The translations under genes were made by a program, and so were the position numbers. Positions 50,489 through 59,763 of a DNA stretch of 64,000 nt are shown piece after piece. The notes under the pieces are model-generated. The model was not told the DNA's origin. It ran no database searches and saw only the letters and a list, made by a program, of their open reading frames with translations. The stretch is taken from contig OZ244713.1 of assembly GCA_965218885.1 (NCBI GenBank), forward strand, positions 2,800,769 through 2,864,768, given 5' to 3'. Source of the DNA: a bacterium. Its GTDB lineage: Bacteria; UBA8248. Position 1 is the stretch's first letter. The number at the start of each line of letters is the position of its first letter.

Positions 50489-51429
50489 ATGTTCTGCTTC
50501 TTTTTTCCGAACAGATCCGCATACGCTTTCGGCATGAACAATAGGCCGATCGTCCCGTTCGCCAGCATGAAGGTCAGGTGGGAGACGAGGCTGTAGGCGA
50601 GCAGGTCCGCTTCCGCCGCATAGTCCTTGAAGAAGAATATCCATGCGGCCTGGGAGGTGCCCAGATGCGCCACCGTCACCGGAAGCGCCCCTATCATGAA
50701 AACGAGCGGCAGGAACGTCAGAAGCCGCAGCAGCGGTATGTCCATCCCGAAGAGCGTCAGGGCGTATTTGTGGACGAACAAGGAGAGGAGAAAAACGGAG
50801 CCCTTGAGCGCGAGGACCAGGAGACCCTGCCTGAAGCGGACCGCCCGGAAAGTGTTGAGCAGGGTGTGGCCGCCGATTTTCTCGCCGATAACGCCCAGAC
50901 CGCCTCGCGCCACCTGGGTGATGAGAAGCCAGAAACACCCAAGTCCCAGGGGCAGAGTGATGAGAATGATCGGCGCGCCGCCCGGAAAGGCGATGACACC
51001 GATTGTGGCGAACGAAATCAGGTTCGTGACTTCCAGAAGAATGAGCATGGCGACCGTGCTTGTGATCTCGGCGAGCGGGGTCTGGAACCTGCGGTGAAAA
51101 TAAAGCGCCAGCGCCACCTGTGCGAGTTGGGTGTTGATGATGGAGACGACGTAGGTGACGGCGCGCACGGGCAGCAGCGTCCGGAAGTCGAGCGGGCCGT
51201 GGAACCAGCGGATCATTTTGCTCAGGACGAAGGTGTCCATCAGGAAAAAACAGATGGAAAAACACGCCATCAGCACGAGGAAGGGCGCAAGCCTCGCCTT
51301 CGATATGGCGAGGACGAACTCGTTGAAGGGGATTCGCCAGAAAATGATGAGGAATATCACCACCGTCAGGCCGATGGGGATGAGTTGCCCGGCTTTGCCT
51401 GATGGATGAGAATCCTGGTTTTGCTCCAA
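50485..51429 (-). CDS. Lysylphosphatidylglycerol synthase TM-domain (flippase-like) protein
   Basis: Multi-TM; LPVTVAHLGTSQAAWIFFF resembles the LPG_synthase_TM C-terminal motif. Confidence 0.7.
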   Translation of the reverse strand: MEQNQDSHPSGKAGQLIPIGLTVVIFLIIFWRIPFNEFVLAISKARLAPFLVLMACFSICFFLMDTFVLSKMIRWFHGPLDFRTLLPVRAVTYVVSIINTQLAQVALALYFHRRFQTPLAEITSTVAMLILLEVTNLISFATIGVIAFPGGAPIILITLPLGLGCFWLLITQVARGGLGVIGEKIGGHTLLNTFRAVRFRQGLLVLALKGSVFLLSLFVHKYALTLFGMDIPLLRLLTFLPLVFMIGALPVTVAHLGTSQAAWIFFFKDYAAEADLLAYSLVSHLTFMLANGTIGLLFMPKAYADLFGKKKQNI

Positions 51430-51455
51430 AGCGAAACTCCTTGAAGGCGCAGAGG

Positions 51456-52400
51456 CTATTCGCGGTGCGGCAGTGAGAGGTCCAGAATTTCATCGACGCC
51501 GGTGGAGGTGATGGGCATGGCGTTTCTGGTTTCCTCATCACTGCACAGATGTTCGTAGAATATAATGTCGAATACGGTGCGGCTCATGGGGGAAGAGGGG
51601 GAGAGGCGGCTGATGATGCTCGACGCGGCCCGGGCCGGCCTTCTGGGAATCGTCAGAATTCGGGGCCGTTTCCCGAGCCTTTGCCCGGCGCGCATGAGCA
51701 GTTCGCGGTAGAGGAGGGTGTCCGGCCCCACGAGGTTCATGCGCGTGAGCGGCGCCTCGGGATGAAGGAGCGCCCATTCAACCGCGCTCAGTACGTCGCC
51801 CAGGTATATCGGCTGGACGCGCACCGCGCCTCCCGCCACGAGGGGGACTACCGAGGAGGCGAGCAGTCTTTTTATCTGATTCGTGGCCTGTGTGTCGGGC
51901 CCCAGAATCATGGGCACGCGGAAAATGGCGCCCGACCCGAAATTCCCTTCAATCAAATCCTCGGCCTGGCCTTTCGTTCGTAGATATTCATTTTCCGCCC
52001 GGGAGTCCGCGCCCGGAAAACTCAGGTATACGAAGGATTTCACGCCACAGCTTTTACTCGCTTCCACGATGTTTTTCGTGGTGATCAGATTCGCTTGAAG
52101 GAGGGAGTCGCCCGCTCTCGGAACCAGCGAACCCGCCAGGTGCGCCACGCAGTCAGCACCTTCCACGGCGCGCGCGAGGCTTTCGGGGTCGTCGTAGTCC
52201 ACTTCTATCACTTCGGCGGGTAGATCGCGCAGGTTCTCGCTTCGCCCCATGTCCCGGACGAGCGCCCGCAGGCGCATCTGTTCGATGGCCGTATTGGAAC
52301 CTAGGCGTTCGATGAGCGCGTTGCCGACGGCGCCGTTCGCGCCCGTGATGGCGATGTCGATGGGTTTTCTCCCGTGCTGTGGAAGGCGGCCATGCGCAAT
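51456..52400 (-). CDS. NAD-dependent epimerase/dehydratase (SDR-like); start uncertain
   Basis: Rossmann motif IAITGANGAVG lies in frame upstream of ATG 52277; AHLAG, YLRTK (YxxxK). No ATG/GTG/TTG in frame before the upstream stop at 52478. Confidence 0.75.
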   Translation of the reverse strand: MAHGRLPQHGRKPIDIAITGANGAVGNALIERLGSNTAIEQMRLRALVRDMGRSENLRDLPAEVIEVDYDDPESLARAVEGADCVAHLAGSLVPRAGDSLLQANLITTKNIVEASKSCGVKSFVYLSFPGADSRAENEYLRTKGQAEDLIEGNFGSGAIFRVPMILGPDTQATNQIKRLLASSVVPLVAGGAVRVQPIYLGDVLSAVEWALLHPEAPLTRMNLVGPDTLLYRELLMRAGQRLGKRPRILTIPRRPARAASSIISRLSPSSPMSRTVFDIIFYEHLCSDEETRNAMPITSTGVDEILDLSLPHRE

Positions 52401-52443
52401 GAGGCCCCGGGCGGTTTCCGCGAGGTCAGCGCCTCGATCCGGT

Positions 52444-53682
52444 CTAGGTCGTGAGAAGTTTGTGCGTCGGTGCGGTCATCTTCTCGATGGGCAGTCCGTG
52501 CGTGCAGGCGCCCGCGCAGCTTTGGTGGCTGCATGTGAGACATGCCGAAGCGCCCGCGCCCAGGAGGGAGTACTCGGCTTTGGCGAATCGCACGTCTTCA
52601 TAGTCCGTTGCATACATGCGGGTGCGGAGCACGTCCGCGATGGGGACGTTCTCGGGACACGCGCCCTCGCAGTCGTTGCACGCATGGCGGCAGTAAGACG
52701 TTCCGTTGAGCCGCGCGTATTTTTTGAGAATCGGCATCTCAAGGCGCGATATCTTCTTCCAGCCCGAACCGCCCACGAACTCGGTGATGTTATCCTTGCT
52801 CGTCATCGAGATGATGAGGGAATCCACGTTGGGGTTCGAGAGCACCCAGCGGAAGGCGGCTTGCGAGTAAGTGGCGCCCCCTTTTTCATAGGGCCGCATG
52901 TCGTTCAAGCGCGCGCCCATGAGCGTTTTCATGGTGACGACGCCGATGCCCTTGGCCTTCGCCCTTGCGAGGACTCCGGGCAGTTTCGGGAACCTGGCGA
53001 TGAAATCGAAACCGCGCGTGAACCTCTGGTAGAAGGCCGGGTCCTGGCCGAAATTGTACGCCACCAGGAATACGTCCACCGCACTGTTGTCGATGCAGTA
53101 ATCGAGGCACTCGATCAGGTTGCCCGCATGGCCGGACATGCCGGAATACCGGATTTTCCCCTGTTTTTTCGCAAGCGCCACGAACTCGCCCCATTCGGGG
53201 TTCTTCATCCTGTCCACGTCGTTCACCGCGTGGTTGAAATAGATGTCCACGTAGTCGGTCTGGAGTTTTTGCAGGCTCGCCTCGAGCGAGCGCATCATCG
53301 ACTCTTTTTTGTCCGTGGAACTCGTATGCGTCTTGGAGGTGAGGTAGACCTTGTGGCGTTTTCCCTTGAGCGCGCGGCCGATGGTGGTCTCGGATTCTCC
53401 CCAGGAGTAGCTCTCGGCGGTGTCGAAATAGTTGATCCCCAGGTCGAGGGCGTGAAGAACGAGTTCTTCCTCGCCTGCGCCCAGGCGGCTGCCGCCGAAT
53501 GAAATGTCCGACATCTTGATGTCCGTTTTTCCCAGGGTGACGTAGCGGCGAACCCGGTTCTGCGCGGCGTCCGATTCCATGGCGCGCGCGAGGGGCAGGA
53601 GTCCTGCGCCGAGGCCGGCGAAGGCGCTTTTTCGGATAAAATCGCGTCTTGGTAAAAAGTCGGTATGATCGGGCATCGGCAT
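52444..53682 (-). CDS. Aldo/keto reductase with Tat-like signal and C-terminal Fe-S motif
   Basis: RRDFIRK + hydrophobic stretch; GINYFDTAESY, YLTSK, LQTDYVD; C-terminal CRHACNDCEGACP...CLTC..SC..AC. Confidence 0.88.
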   Translation of the reverse strand: MPMPDHTDFLPRRDFIRKSAFAGLGAGLLPLARAMESDAAQNRVRRYVTLGKTDIKMSDISFGGSRLGAGEEELVLHALDLGINYFDTAESYSWGESETTIGRALKGKRHKVYLTSKTHTSSTDKKESMMRSLEASLQKLQTDYVDIYFNHAVNDVDRMKNPEWGEFVALAKKQGKIRYSGMSGHAGNLIECLDYCIDNSAVDVFLVAYNFGQDPAFYQRFTRGFDFIARFPKLPGVLARAKAKGIGVVTMKTLMGARLNDMRPYEKGGATYSQAAFRWVLSNPNVDSLIISMTSKDNITEFVGGSGWKKISRLEMPILKKYARLNGTSYCRHACNDCEGACPENVPIADVLRTRMYATDYEDVRFAKAEYSLLGAGASACLTCSHQSCAGACTHGLPIEKMTAPTHKLLTT

Positions 53683-53858
53683 TCTCCACGAAAGAGAGAA
53701 ATATGGCGACCCGCCTATCTCACCCTATTTTTCCGTTTTGGTCAATTCGCGGAATTTCGCTCGTTTTTCAATATCTCTGCTTGCATCCTAGCTAGGGTGG
53801 GAACGTGGAGTCACGTTAGTGGGGCGGATTATGGTATCGGCGTGAGGGTTGAGTATAG

Positions 53859-54413
53859 TCAAGAGGACTGAAGAGTTCTCAGAATGAACAGCAACAAGTA
53901 GATAATAGCTGCTATCCATATAATGCTCCGCAATCCACATCCAGAACCTCTGGACTGAGCCCGAACTCGCTGGAGTGGGACGGGTTCGTGACCGGTTATT
54001 TCATGGAAACGTTCCGCCGACTGATCTCTTAAGGACTTAAGCGCCGCTTCGAATCCTGCGGCATCCTCGCGTGTAGAGAAAGGACTGGACGTCCAAAGCA
54101 GCTTCGGATTGCCACCGGCAGTAGATTCGACTTTGTTGGCTACATGAGCATTCAACCTCGCCCGAACATTGGCGGAGTGCCCCACGTAGTGGCCGTAGTC
54201 GGTATCCAACAGGTACACATAGAACTTGTTGCGACCCAGCTTCGCATCGCGCTCGGACTGGCCGGCCAGATGCTCCGGGTCGCGCCACTTGCTTCGGCGG
54301 CGACGCATCTGACAGGTGTAGCAGCGCGTGTAGCGAAGGCGTATTCTCCGCCCGCAGTCGGCACAGATGTTTAAGCGCATCATAGTTGCTACCTGACTCA
54401 CATGCCTGCGCAA
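53859..54413 (-). CDS. GIY-YIG nuclease-like protein with N-terminal CxxC/CxxC and C-terminal TM helix
   Basis: FYVYLL...HYVGHSANVRARLNAH...EDAAGFE; CADC..CYTC; IIWIAAIIYLLLFIL. Start may be 54383. Confidence 0.7.
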   Translation of the reverse strand: MRRHVSQVATMMRLNICADCGRRIRLRYTRCYTCQMRRRRSKWRDPEHLAGQSERDAKLGRNKFYVYLLDTDYGHYVGHSANVRARLNAHVANKVESTAGGNPKLLWTSSPFSTREDAAGFEAALKSLRDQSAERFHEITGHEPVPLQRVRAQSRGSGCGLRSIIWIAAIIYLLLFILRTLQSS

Positions 54414-54589
54414 TGGCTAGAAAGATCTCGGCGCAGCTTTTTTGCTTTCACTGAACCGATGACGTTCTAGTTACATTGGATCGGCATCCTCGTGTGTTCG
54501 CAGGTTCTTGGGGCGAAAACTGGTACTTTCTCTCTCTCGTGTGGTTGCCTCTAGGCTCTTGGCAGTGAAGCAAGCCCCGCGTACTCAAA

Positions 54590-55822
54590 TCATGCGTCGA
54601 TGACCCGGAAGCTCCTGTCCTGGGGAATGAGCATCTCCCAGCCGTTTTCCTTCACGATCACCGAGTATTCGATCTGGTATCCCCCGACGCCGAACGTGCC
54701 GATGGGCGCCTCGATGTTGATTACCGAATGGACGGGAAAGGGAATCTCGGAGGTTTTTGGGTAGAAAGGCTGGTTGTGCTTTGATTCAGGACCCAGGATG
54801 AACGGGAATTCTCTCGCTTCGAGGCCTATCGTGTGCCCGGCGAAGGGGGCGTCGAACTCGGGGAAGCGCGACTGGATTCCCTTTACCAGGGCCTGATATA
54901 TCTGGTTGCCCGTGCAGCCGGCCTTTATCGCCTCCAGGCATTCGTGGAATCCCTCCTCGACCCCCTTCCATTCGCGCTGCGTCCGCGCGCTCGGCTCGCC
55001 GATGGAGCCGCAGCTTCCCGTGTCGGCGTTGTAGTTTTTGTAAAAAAGCCCTGCGTCGAACATGAAGCCGTCGCCCTTTTGGAGTTTTCTGTCGGTGGGG
55101 GGAAAGATGAAGACGCCCCTCGGGCCGCTGTTGAAGTGGAACCAGTGCCACATGCCGCCGGGCCGGGCCACCTCCTGACGCCAGACCTCGGCCACCTCGC
55201 GCTCGCTCACGCCCTCGCGCACGAAGTCGAAAACCTTGGTGATGGCGTCTTCGTTCACCTGGGCCGCCTCGCGCAGGCGGTCGAGTTCATCCGCCGTCTT
55301 GACGAGGCGCGTCATGAGGAACAGGCCCGAACCCGGGATGAATTCACAATCGGGGAGTTTTTCCTTCAAGGTGGCGAACAGGCTGTCCGGGCAGCCCTCC
55401 TCGTCCAGGGCGATTCTGCCGGAAGTGATGCCCCGATCCTGAAGCGCGGCGAGAAGCCCGTCGAGAAGGGTCGCGTGTTTACCCCCGCTTGCGTGAAGCT
55501 CCCGGTAGCGCCTCATCTCGTCGTCATGCGGCACATAGCCTTCCGGTTCGATGTGATTCGCCTGTCCTCCCCAGACGTAGACGTTCTCTGCGTGTCCGCC
55601 ATAGGCGGCGTAATAGGTGTTGTCCGCGCGGTTCATGATGAGGTCGGTGCCGGCGTCTGGGTTGTTGGTGATCACGCCATAGCTTTTGCGCGCGCGGTAG
55701 ACCCGCTGCGCCCAGCCGATGTGGCCCGTCAGATAGGTGACGTTCTCGAGCGTCGTGCCGATCATGGCGACCACGTCGTGTTCTTTCATCAGTTCCAGCG
55801 CGCGTTCCCTGTTGTAAAGCAT
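54590..55822 (-). CDS. Xaa-Pro peptidase family (M24) protein
   Basis: RLVKTADEL, FDAG..YNAD, GHTIGLEARE, NIEAP, IEYSVIV metal ligands. Confidence 0.88.
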   Translation of the reverse strand: MLYNRERALELMKEHDVVAMIGTTLENVTYLTGHIGWAQRVYRARKSYGVITNNPDAGTDLIMNRADNTYYAAYGGHAENVYVWGGQANHIEPEGYVPHDDEMRRYRELHASGGKHATLLDGLLAALQDRGITSGRIALDEEGCPDSLFATLKEKLPDCEFIPGSGLFLMTRLVKTADELDRLREAAQVNEDAITKVFDFVREGVSEREVAEVWRQEVARPGGMWHWFHFNSGPRGVFIFPPTDRKLQKGDGFMFDAGLFYKNYNADTGSCGSIGEPSARTQREWKGVEEGFHECLEAIKAGCTGNQIYQALVKGIQSRFPEFDAPFAGHTIGLEAREFPFILGPESKHNQPFYPKTSEIPFPVHSVINIEAPIGTFGVGGYQIEYSVIVKENGWEMLIPQDRSFRVIDA

Positions 55823-55971
55823 GTTTTTCTCCCTGAAATTTTTTTTTCTTCATGAAATTTTGTTGGAAAGTGTCTTGGGGGGAATATGTATCACAACCAA
55901 AGCGTTTCAGGCGAGGCGAGACGCTTGACAGAAACGCTCCGAAGCGCAAGGTTTAATAACAGCGGGAGCAG

Positions 55972-56592
55972 TTGGCTCGTCATCTGATTCGTCATCCTGA
56001 GGAGAAGAAGTTGAGTGTGGAACTGGATCGCCCGAGCGCCGAGGCGCTTTTATTCGAATGGACGAAAAGCCCGGGCTTGAGAGCGCACGCCCGGGCGGTG
56101 GAGGCCGCGCTGCGCGCCTACGCGAAAAAATACGGAGAAGACGAGGCGCTTTGGGGAGTCACAGGCCTGCTGCACGACATGGATTACGAGAAACATCCAT
56201 CGCCCGAAGAGCACCCCGAGACCGGCTGCGCGGTGTTGCGCGAGGCGGGCTATCCCGAAGAGATGATACAAGCCATCCTGGGACACGCGCAGTATCTCGA
56301 CGTTCCCCGGGAGACGCGCCTGGCTCAAGCGCTTTTCGCCGTGGATGAACTGGTGGGCCTCATCACCGCCGTAGCCCTGGTGAATCCGGCGAAAGATGTT
56401 CGCCAGGTAAAGCCGAGAAGCATACGGAAAAAGTGGAAGGACAAGGCTTTCGCCAAGGGCGTGAACCGCGAGGACGTGGAGACGGGAGCCTCCGAACTGG
56501 GTGTGCCTTTAGAGGAACATATCGCCTTCACGCTCGAAGCCATGCAGGGCGCGGCTGCGGATTTGGGCCTCGATGGCTCGCGTGCGGGCTGA
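55972..56592 (+). CDS. HD/HDIG domain phosphohydrolase
   Basis: HARAVE, GLLHDMDYE, ILGH, LFAVDELVGL, FAKGVNR; start may be a downstream GTG. Confidence 0.85.
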   Translation: MARHLIRHPEEKKLSVELDRPSAEALLFEWTKSPGLRAHARAVEAALRAYAKKYGEDEALWGVTGLLHDMDYEKHPSPEEHPETGCAVLREAGYPEEMIQAILGHAQYLDVPRETRLAQALFAVDELVGLITAVALVNPAKDVRQVKPRSIRKKWKDKAFAKGVNREDVETGASELGVPLEEHIAFTLEAMQGAAADLGLDGSRAG

Positions 56593-56629
56593 TGTGTTTG
56601 TTTTTTTTGTGAAAAAGGTTGATTTTACG

Positions 56630-56658
56630 TTGACGGCTTTGATGGATTTAAGCATAAT
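56630..56658 (+). promoter_or_regulatory. Sigma70 promoter of korAB
   Basis: TTGACG-N17-CATAAT. Confidence 0.55.
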
Positions 56659-56810
56659 TCGCGCTCAACTGGTTGGTGATGAAACGCCATTCAGACTCGC
56701 AATGGACATACTCAAAAAAGATATGCACAACATACGGTTTCCAGCACTCAATAAAACCCTCCACGTATTTTCCGACACCAGGTCAATCCAACTAAAGGAC
56801 ATCCAAAACG

Positions 56811-58667
56811 ATGGCTGAGTCTTCAGGTAAAAACGGGGCTGAGAAGCAGCTTGTTGAACTCGAAACGGTGGCGATTCGCTTTGCGGGCGACTCCGGCGAC
56901 GGAATGCAGCTCACGGGAGATCGCTTTACGAACGCAGCGGCCATTGCCGGGAATGATTTGAGCACGTTTCCGGACTTTCCCGCCGAGATTCGCGCGCCTG
57001 TCGGAACCCTCGCCGGAGTGAGCGGGTTCCAGATCAATTTCTCGAGCAGGGACATTCACACCCCGGGCGACGCCGTGGACGTTCTGGTGGCGATGAACCC
57101 CGCCGCGCTCAAGACGAGCATCGGCGATTTGAAGAGCGGGGGCATCATCATCGCCAACGTGGACAACTTCGGCCCGAAGAATCTGGACAAGGCCGGCTAT
57201 GCGTCGAACCCCCTCGAGGATGAGGAGTTCAAGAGCAACTATGATGTCCACGAGGTGAAGATCACCTCCATGACGCGCCGGGCTCTGGAAGACATGGAGC
57301 TTCAGTCCAACCTGGCGGATCGGTGCAAGAACTTCTTCGCGCTGGGTCTGATGTACTGGATGTATTCGCGCCCCCTCGATCCGACCAAGCAGTGGATCGA
57401 GGAGAAATTCGGAAAACGCCCCGAGTTCGTGCAAGCCAACACGCGCGCCCTCGAGGCGGGTTTTTTCTTCGGTGAGAACACCGAGGTCTTCACCAGCAAC
57501 TACATCGTGCGCGAAGCGACCTATCCGCCCGGCAAATACAGGAACATCTCGGGCAACGTCGCCCTGGCCTTCGGCTTCATCGCGGCGACGAAGAAGATGG
57601 GGATCAACCTTTTCTGGGGCGCCTATCCGATAACGCCCGCCAGCGACGTTCTCCACGAACTCTCCCGCCACAAGAATTTCGGTGTGCAGACCTTCCAGGC
57701 GGAAGATGAAATCGCGGCCGTCTCCGCCGCTCTGGGCGCCTCGTTCACCGGCTCGCTCGGCGTGAGTTGCTCGAGTGGTCCCGGAATCGCCTTAAAGGCC
57801 GAAGCCATGGGGCTGGGCGTGATGACGGAGCTTCCCATGGTCATCGCCAACATCCAGCGCGGCGGCCCGAGCACGGGCCTTCCCACGAAGACCGAGCAGG
57901 CCGACCTTCTTCAGGTGATGTTCGGGCGCAACAGCGAGAGCCCGCTGCCGGTCGTGGCGGCGGCCACGCCGGGGGATTGCTTCTGGACGGCGATAGAAGC
58001 GTGCCGCCTGGCGGTGAAATACATGACGCCCGTGGTGGTTTTGAGCGATGGTTATCTGGCCAACGGCTCAGAACCCTGGCTCCTGCCCAAGGCCTCCGAC
58101 ATTCCCGAGATGCCGGTGACCTTCCGGACGGACCCGGAGGACTTCCTGCCCTATCTTCGGGACCCGGAAACGCTGGCCCGTCCGTGGGCGATTCCCGGTA
58201 CGCCGGGGCTCGAGCACAGGATCGGCGGAATCGAAAAAGAGGACGGGACCGGCAACGTCAACTACGAGCCCGAGAACCACGAGTTCATGGTGCGCACGCG
58301 CGACGCGAAGATTGCGGGCATCGCGAAGGACATCCCGCCCGTGGAGGTCATCGGCGAGAAGAGCGGCAAGGTTCTCGTCATCGGCTGGGGTGGAACCTTC
58401 GGCGCCATCACGGCGGCGATGGAGGCTCTACAAGCTCGCGGCGCCTCCGTATCCCAGGTTCACCTCCGGCACCTCAACCCCTTCCCGGCGAACCTCGAAG
58501 AAGTGATGAGCGGTTTCGAAAAAATTCTCATCCCCGAGCTGAACCTCGGGCAACTCTCCAAAATGCTCCGCTACCAGTATCTGGTCGACACGATCAGCTT
58601 CAATAAAATACAAGGAAAGCCCTTCAAGGTCGGCGAACTGATTACCAAGATTGAGGAGTTACTCTAA
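56811..58667 (+). CDS. korA: 2-oxoacid:ferredoxin oxidoreductase alpha subunit (gamma-alpha fusion)
   Basis: IRFAGDSGDGMQ, YPITPASD, QAEDEIAA, SSGPG, QRGGPSTGLPTK. Confidence 0.95.
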   Translation: MAESSGKNGAEKQLVELETVAIRFAGDSGDGMQLTGDRFTNAAAIAGNDLSTFPDFPAEIRAPVGTLAGVSGFQINFSSRDIHTPGDAVDVLVAMNPAALKTSIGDLKSGGIIIANVDNFGPKNLDKAGYASNPLEDEEFKSNYDVHEVKITSMTRRALEDMELQSNLADRCKNFFALGLMYWMYSRPLDPTKQWIEEKFGKRPEFVQANTRALEAGFFFGENTEVFTSNYIVREATYPPGKYRNISGNVALAFGFIAATKKMGINLFWGAYPITPASDVLHELSRHKNFGVQTFQAEDEIAAVSAALGASFTGSLGVSCSSGPGIALKAEAMGLGVMTELPMVIANIQRGGPSTGLPTKTEQADLLQVMFGRNSESPLPVVAAATPGDCFWTAIEACRLAVKYMTPVVVLSDGYLANGSEPWLLPKASDIPEMPVTFRTDPEDFLPYLRDPETLARPWAIPGTPGLEHRIGGIEKEDGTGNVNYEPENHEFMVRTRDAKIAGIAKDIPPVEVIGEKSGKVLVIGWGGTFGAITAAMEALQARGASVSQVHLRHLNPFPANLEEVMSGFEKILIPELNLGQLSKMLRYQYLVDTISFNKIQGKPFKVGELITKIEELL

Positions 58668-59690
58668 ATGTCTACAACGACAGCCAAGAACGGCGGTGGG
58701 TTGGGCCTCACCCGCAAGGATTTTCAGTCCGACCAAGTCGTACGCTGGTGCCCGGGTTGCGGAGACTACGCGATTCTCGCCCAGATGCAGAAGGTGCTGC
58801 CGAACCTCGAAATTCCGCGCGAGAAATTCGTTTTCGTCTCCGGCATCGGCTGCGCGGCGCGCTTTCCGTATTACATGGATACCTTCGGTTTCCACACCAT
58901 TCACGGGCGGGCGCCTGCGTTCGCCACCGGCGTGAAGGTGAGCAATCCGGACCTCTCCGTCTGGGTCATCAGCGGCGACGGCGACGCGCTGAGCATCGGC
59001 GGAAACCACCTGATTCACTCCATGCGCCGCAACGTGGGCGTCAAGATTATTCTCTTCAACAACCGCGTTTACGGATTGACCAAAGGCCAGTATTCGCCCA
59101 CCTCGCTTATGGGCTCGCGCACGAAATCCACGCCCATCGGCTCGGTGGACTATCCGCTTCACCCGCTGACGCTGGCCCTGGGGGCGGAGTGCAGCTTCGT
59201 CGCCCGCACGACGGACAGGGATCAGAGGCACATGGCCTCGATGTTCGAGGAGATGGCGAACCACGAGGGAACCTCTCTGCTCGAGGTGCTGCAGAACTGC
59301 ATCGTGTTCAACGACGGCGCGTGGCACAAATTCACCGAGAAAGGTATGAAAGAGCAAAACGTGATGTATCTCGAAGACGGACAGCCCCTCGTCTATGGCC
59401 CGGCGGATGATCGCAAGGGAATTTCCCTGGAGGATTACAAGGTCCGCATCGTCGAGGCCGATTCTCCCGACGTCACCGTCCACCGCGTGGATGATGAGGC
59501 GGGCGGCTACGCCCACATCCTGAGCCGGGTCGAACTCGAAGGCGGCCCCGTGCCCCTGGGCGTTCTGAGAAAAGTGGAGCGTCCGCCGTTTGAGGGATTG
59601 ATGGGCGAGCAGGTCGCCGCGGCCCAGGCGAAAGGCGAGGGCGATATCGACTCGCTCTTGAATTCGGGAGATACCTGGGAGCACCACTAG
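58668..59690 (+). CDS. korB: 2-oxoacid:ferredoxin oxidoreductase beta subunit
   Basis: WCPGCGDY, SGIGC, HTIHGRA, SGDGDALSIGGNH, NNRVYGLTKGQYSPT. Confidence 0.95.
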   Translation: MSTTTAKNGGGLGLTRKDFQSDQVVRWCPGCGDYAILAQMQKVLPNLEIPREKFVFVSGIGCAARFPYYMDTFGFHTIHGRAPAFATGVKVSNPDLSVWVISGDGDALSIGGNHLIHSMRRNVGVKIILFNNRVYGLTKGQYSPTSLMGSRTKSTPIGSVDYPLHPLTLALGAECSFVARTTDRDQRHMASMFEEMANHEGTSLLEVLQNCIVFNDGAWHKFTEKGMKEQNVMYLEDGQPLVYGPADDRKGISLEDYKVRIVEADSPDVTVHRVDDEAGGYAHILSRVELEGGPVPLGVLRKVERPPFEGLMGEQVAAAQAKGEGDIDSLLNSGDTWEHH

Positions 59691-59709
59691 TTTTCGTCGC
59701 CTCCAAAGG

Positions 59710-59739
59710 GCCGTCGGGATTCGCGCCGGCGGCTTTTTT
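59710..59739 (+). terminator. Intrinsic terminator after korB
   Basis: GCCGTCGG-N8-CCGGCGGC-TTTTTT. Confidence 0.75.
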
Positions 59740-59763
59740 CGCGCCTCCGAGCGTCTGGAACCC

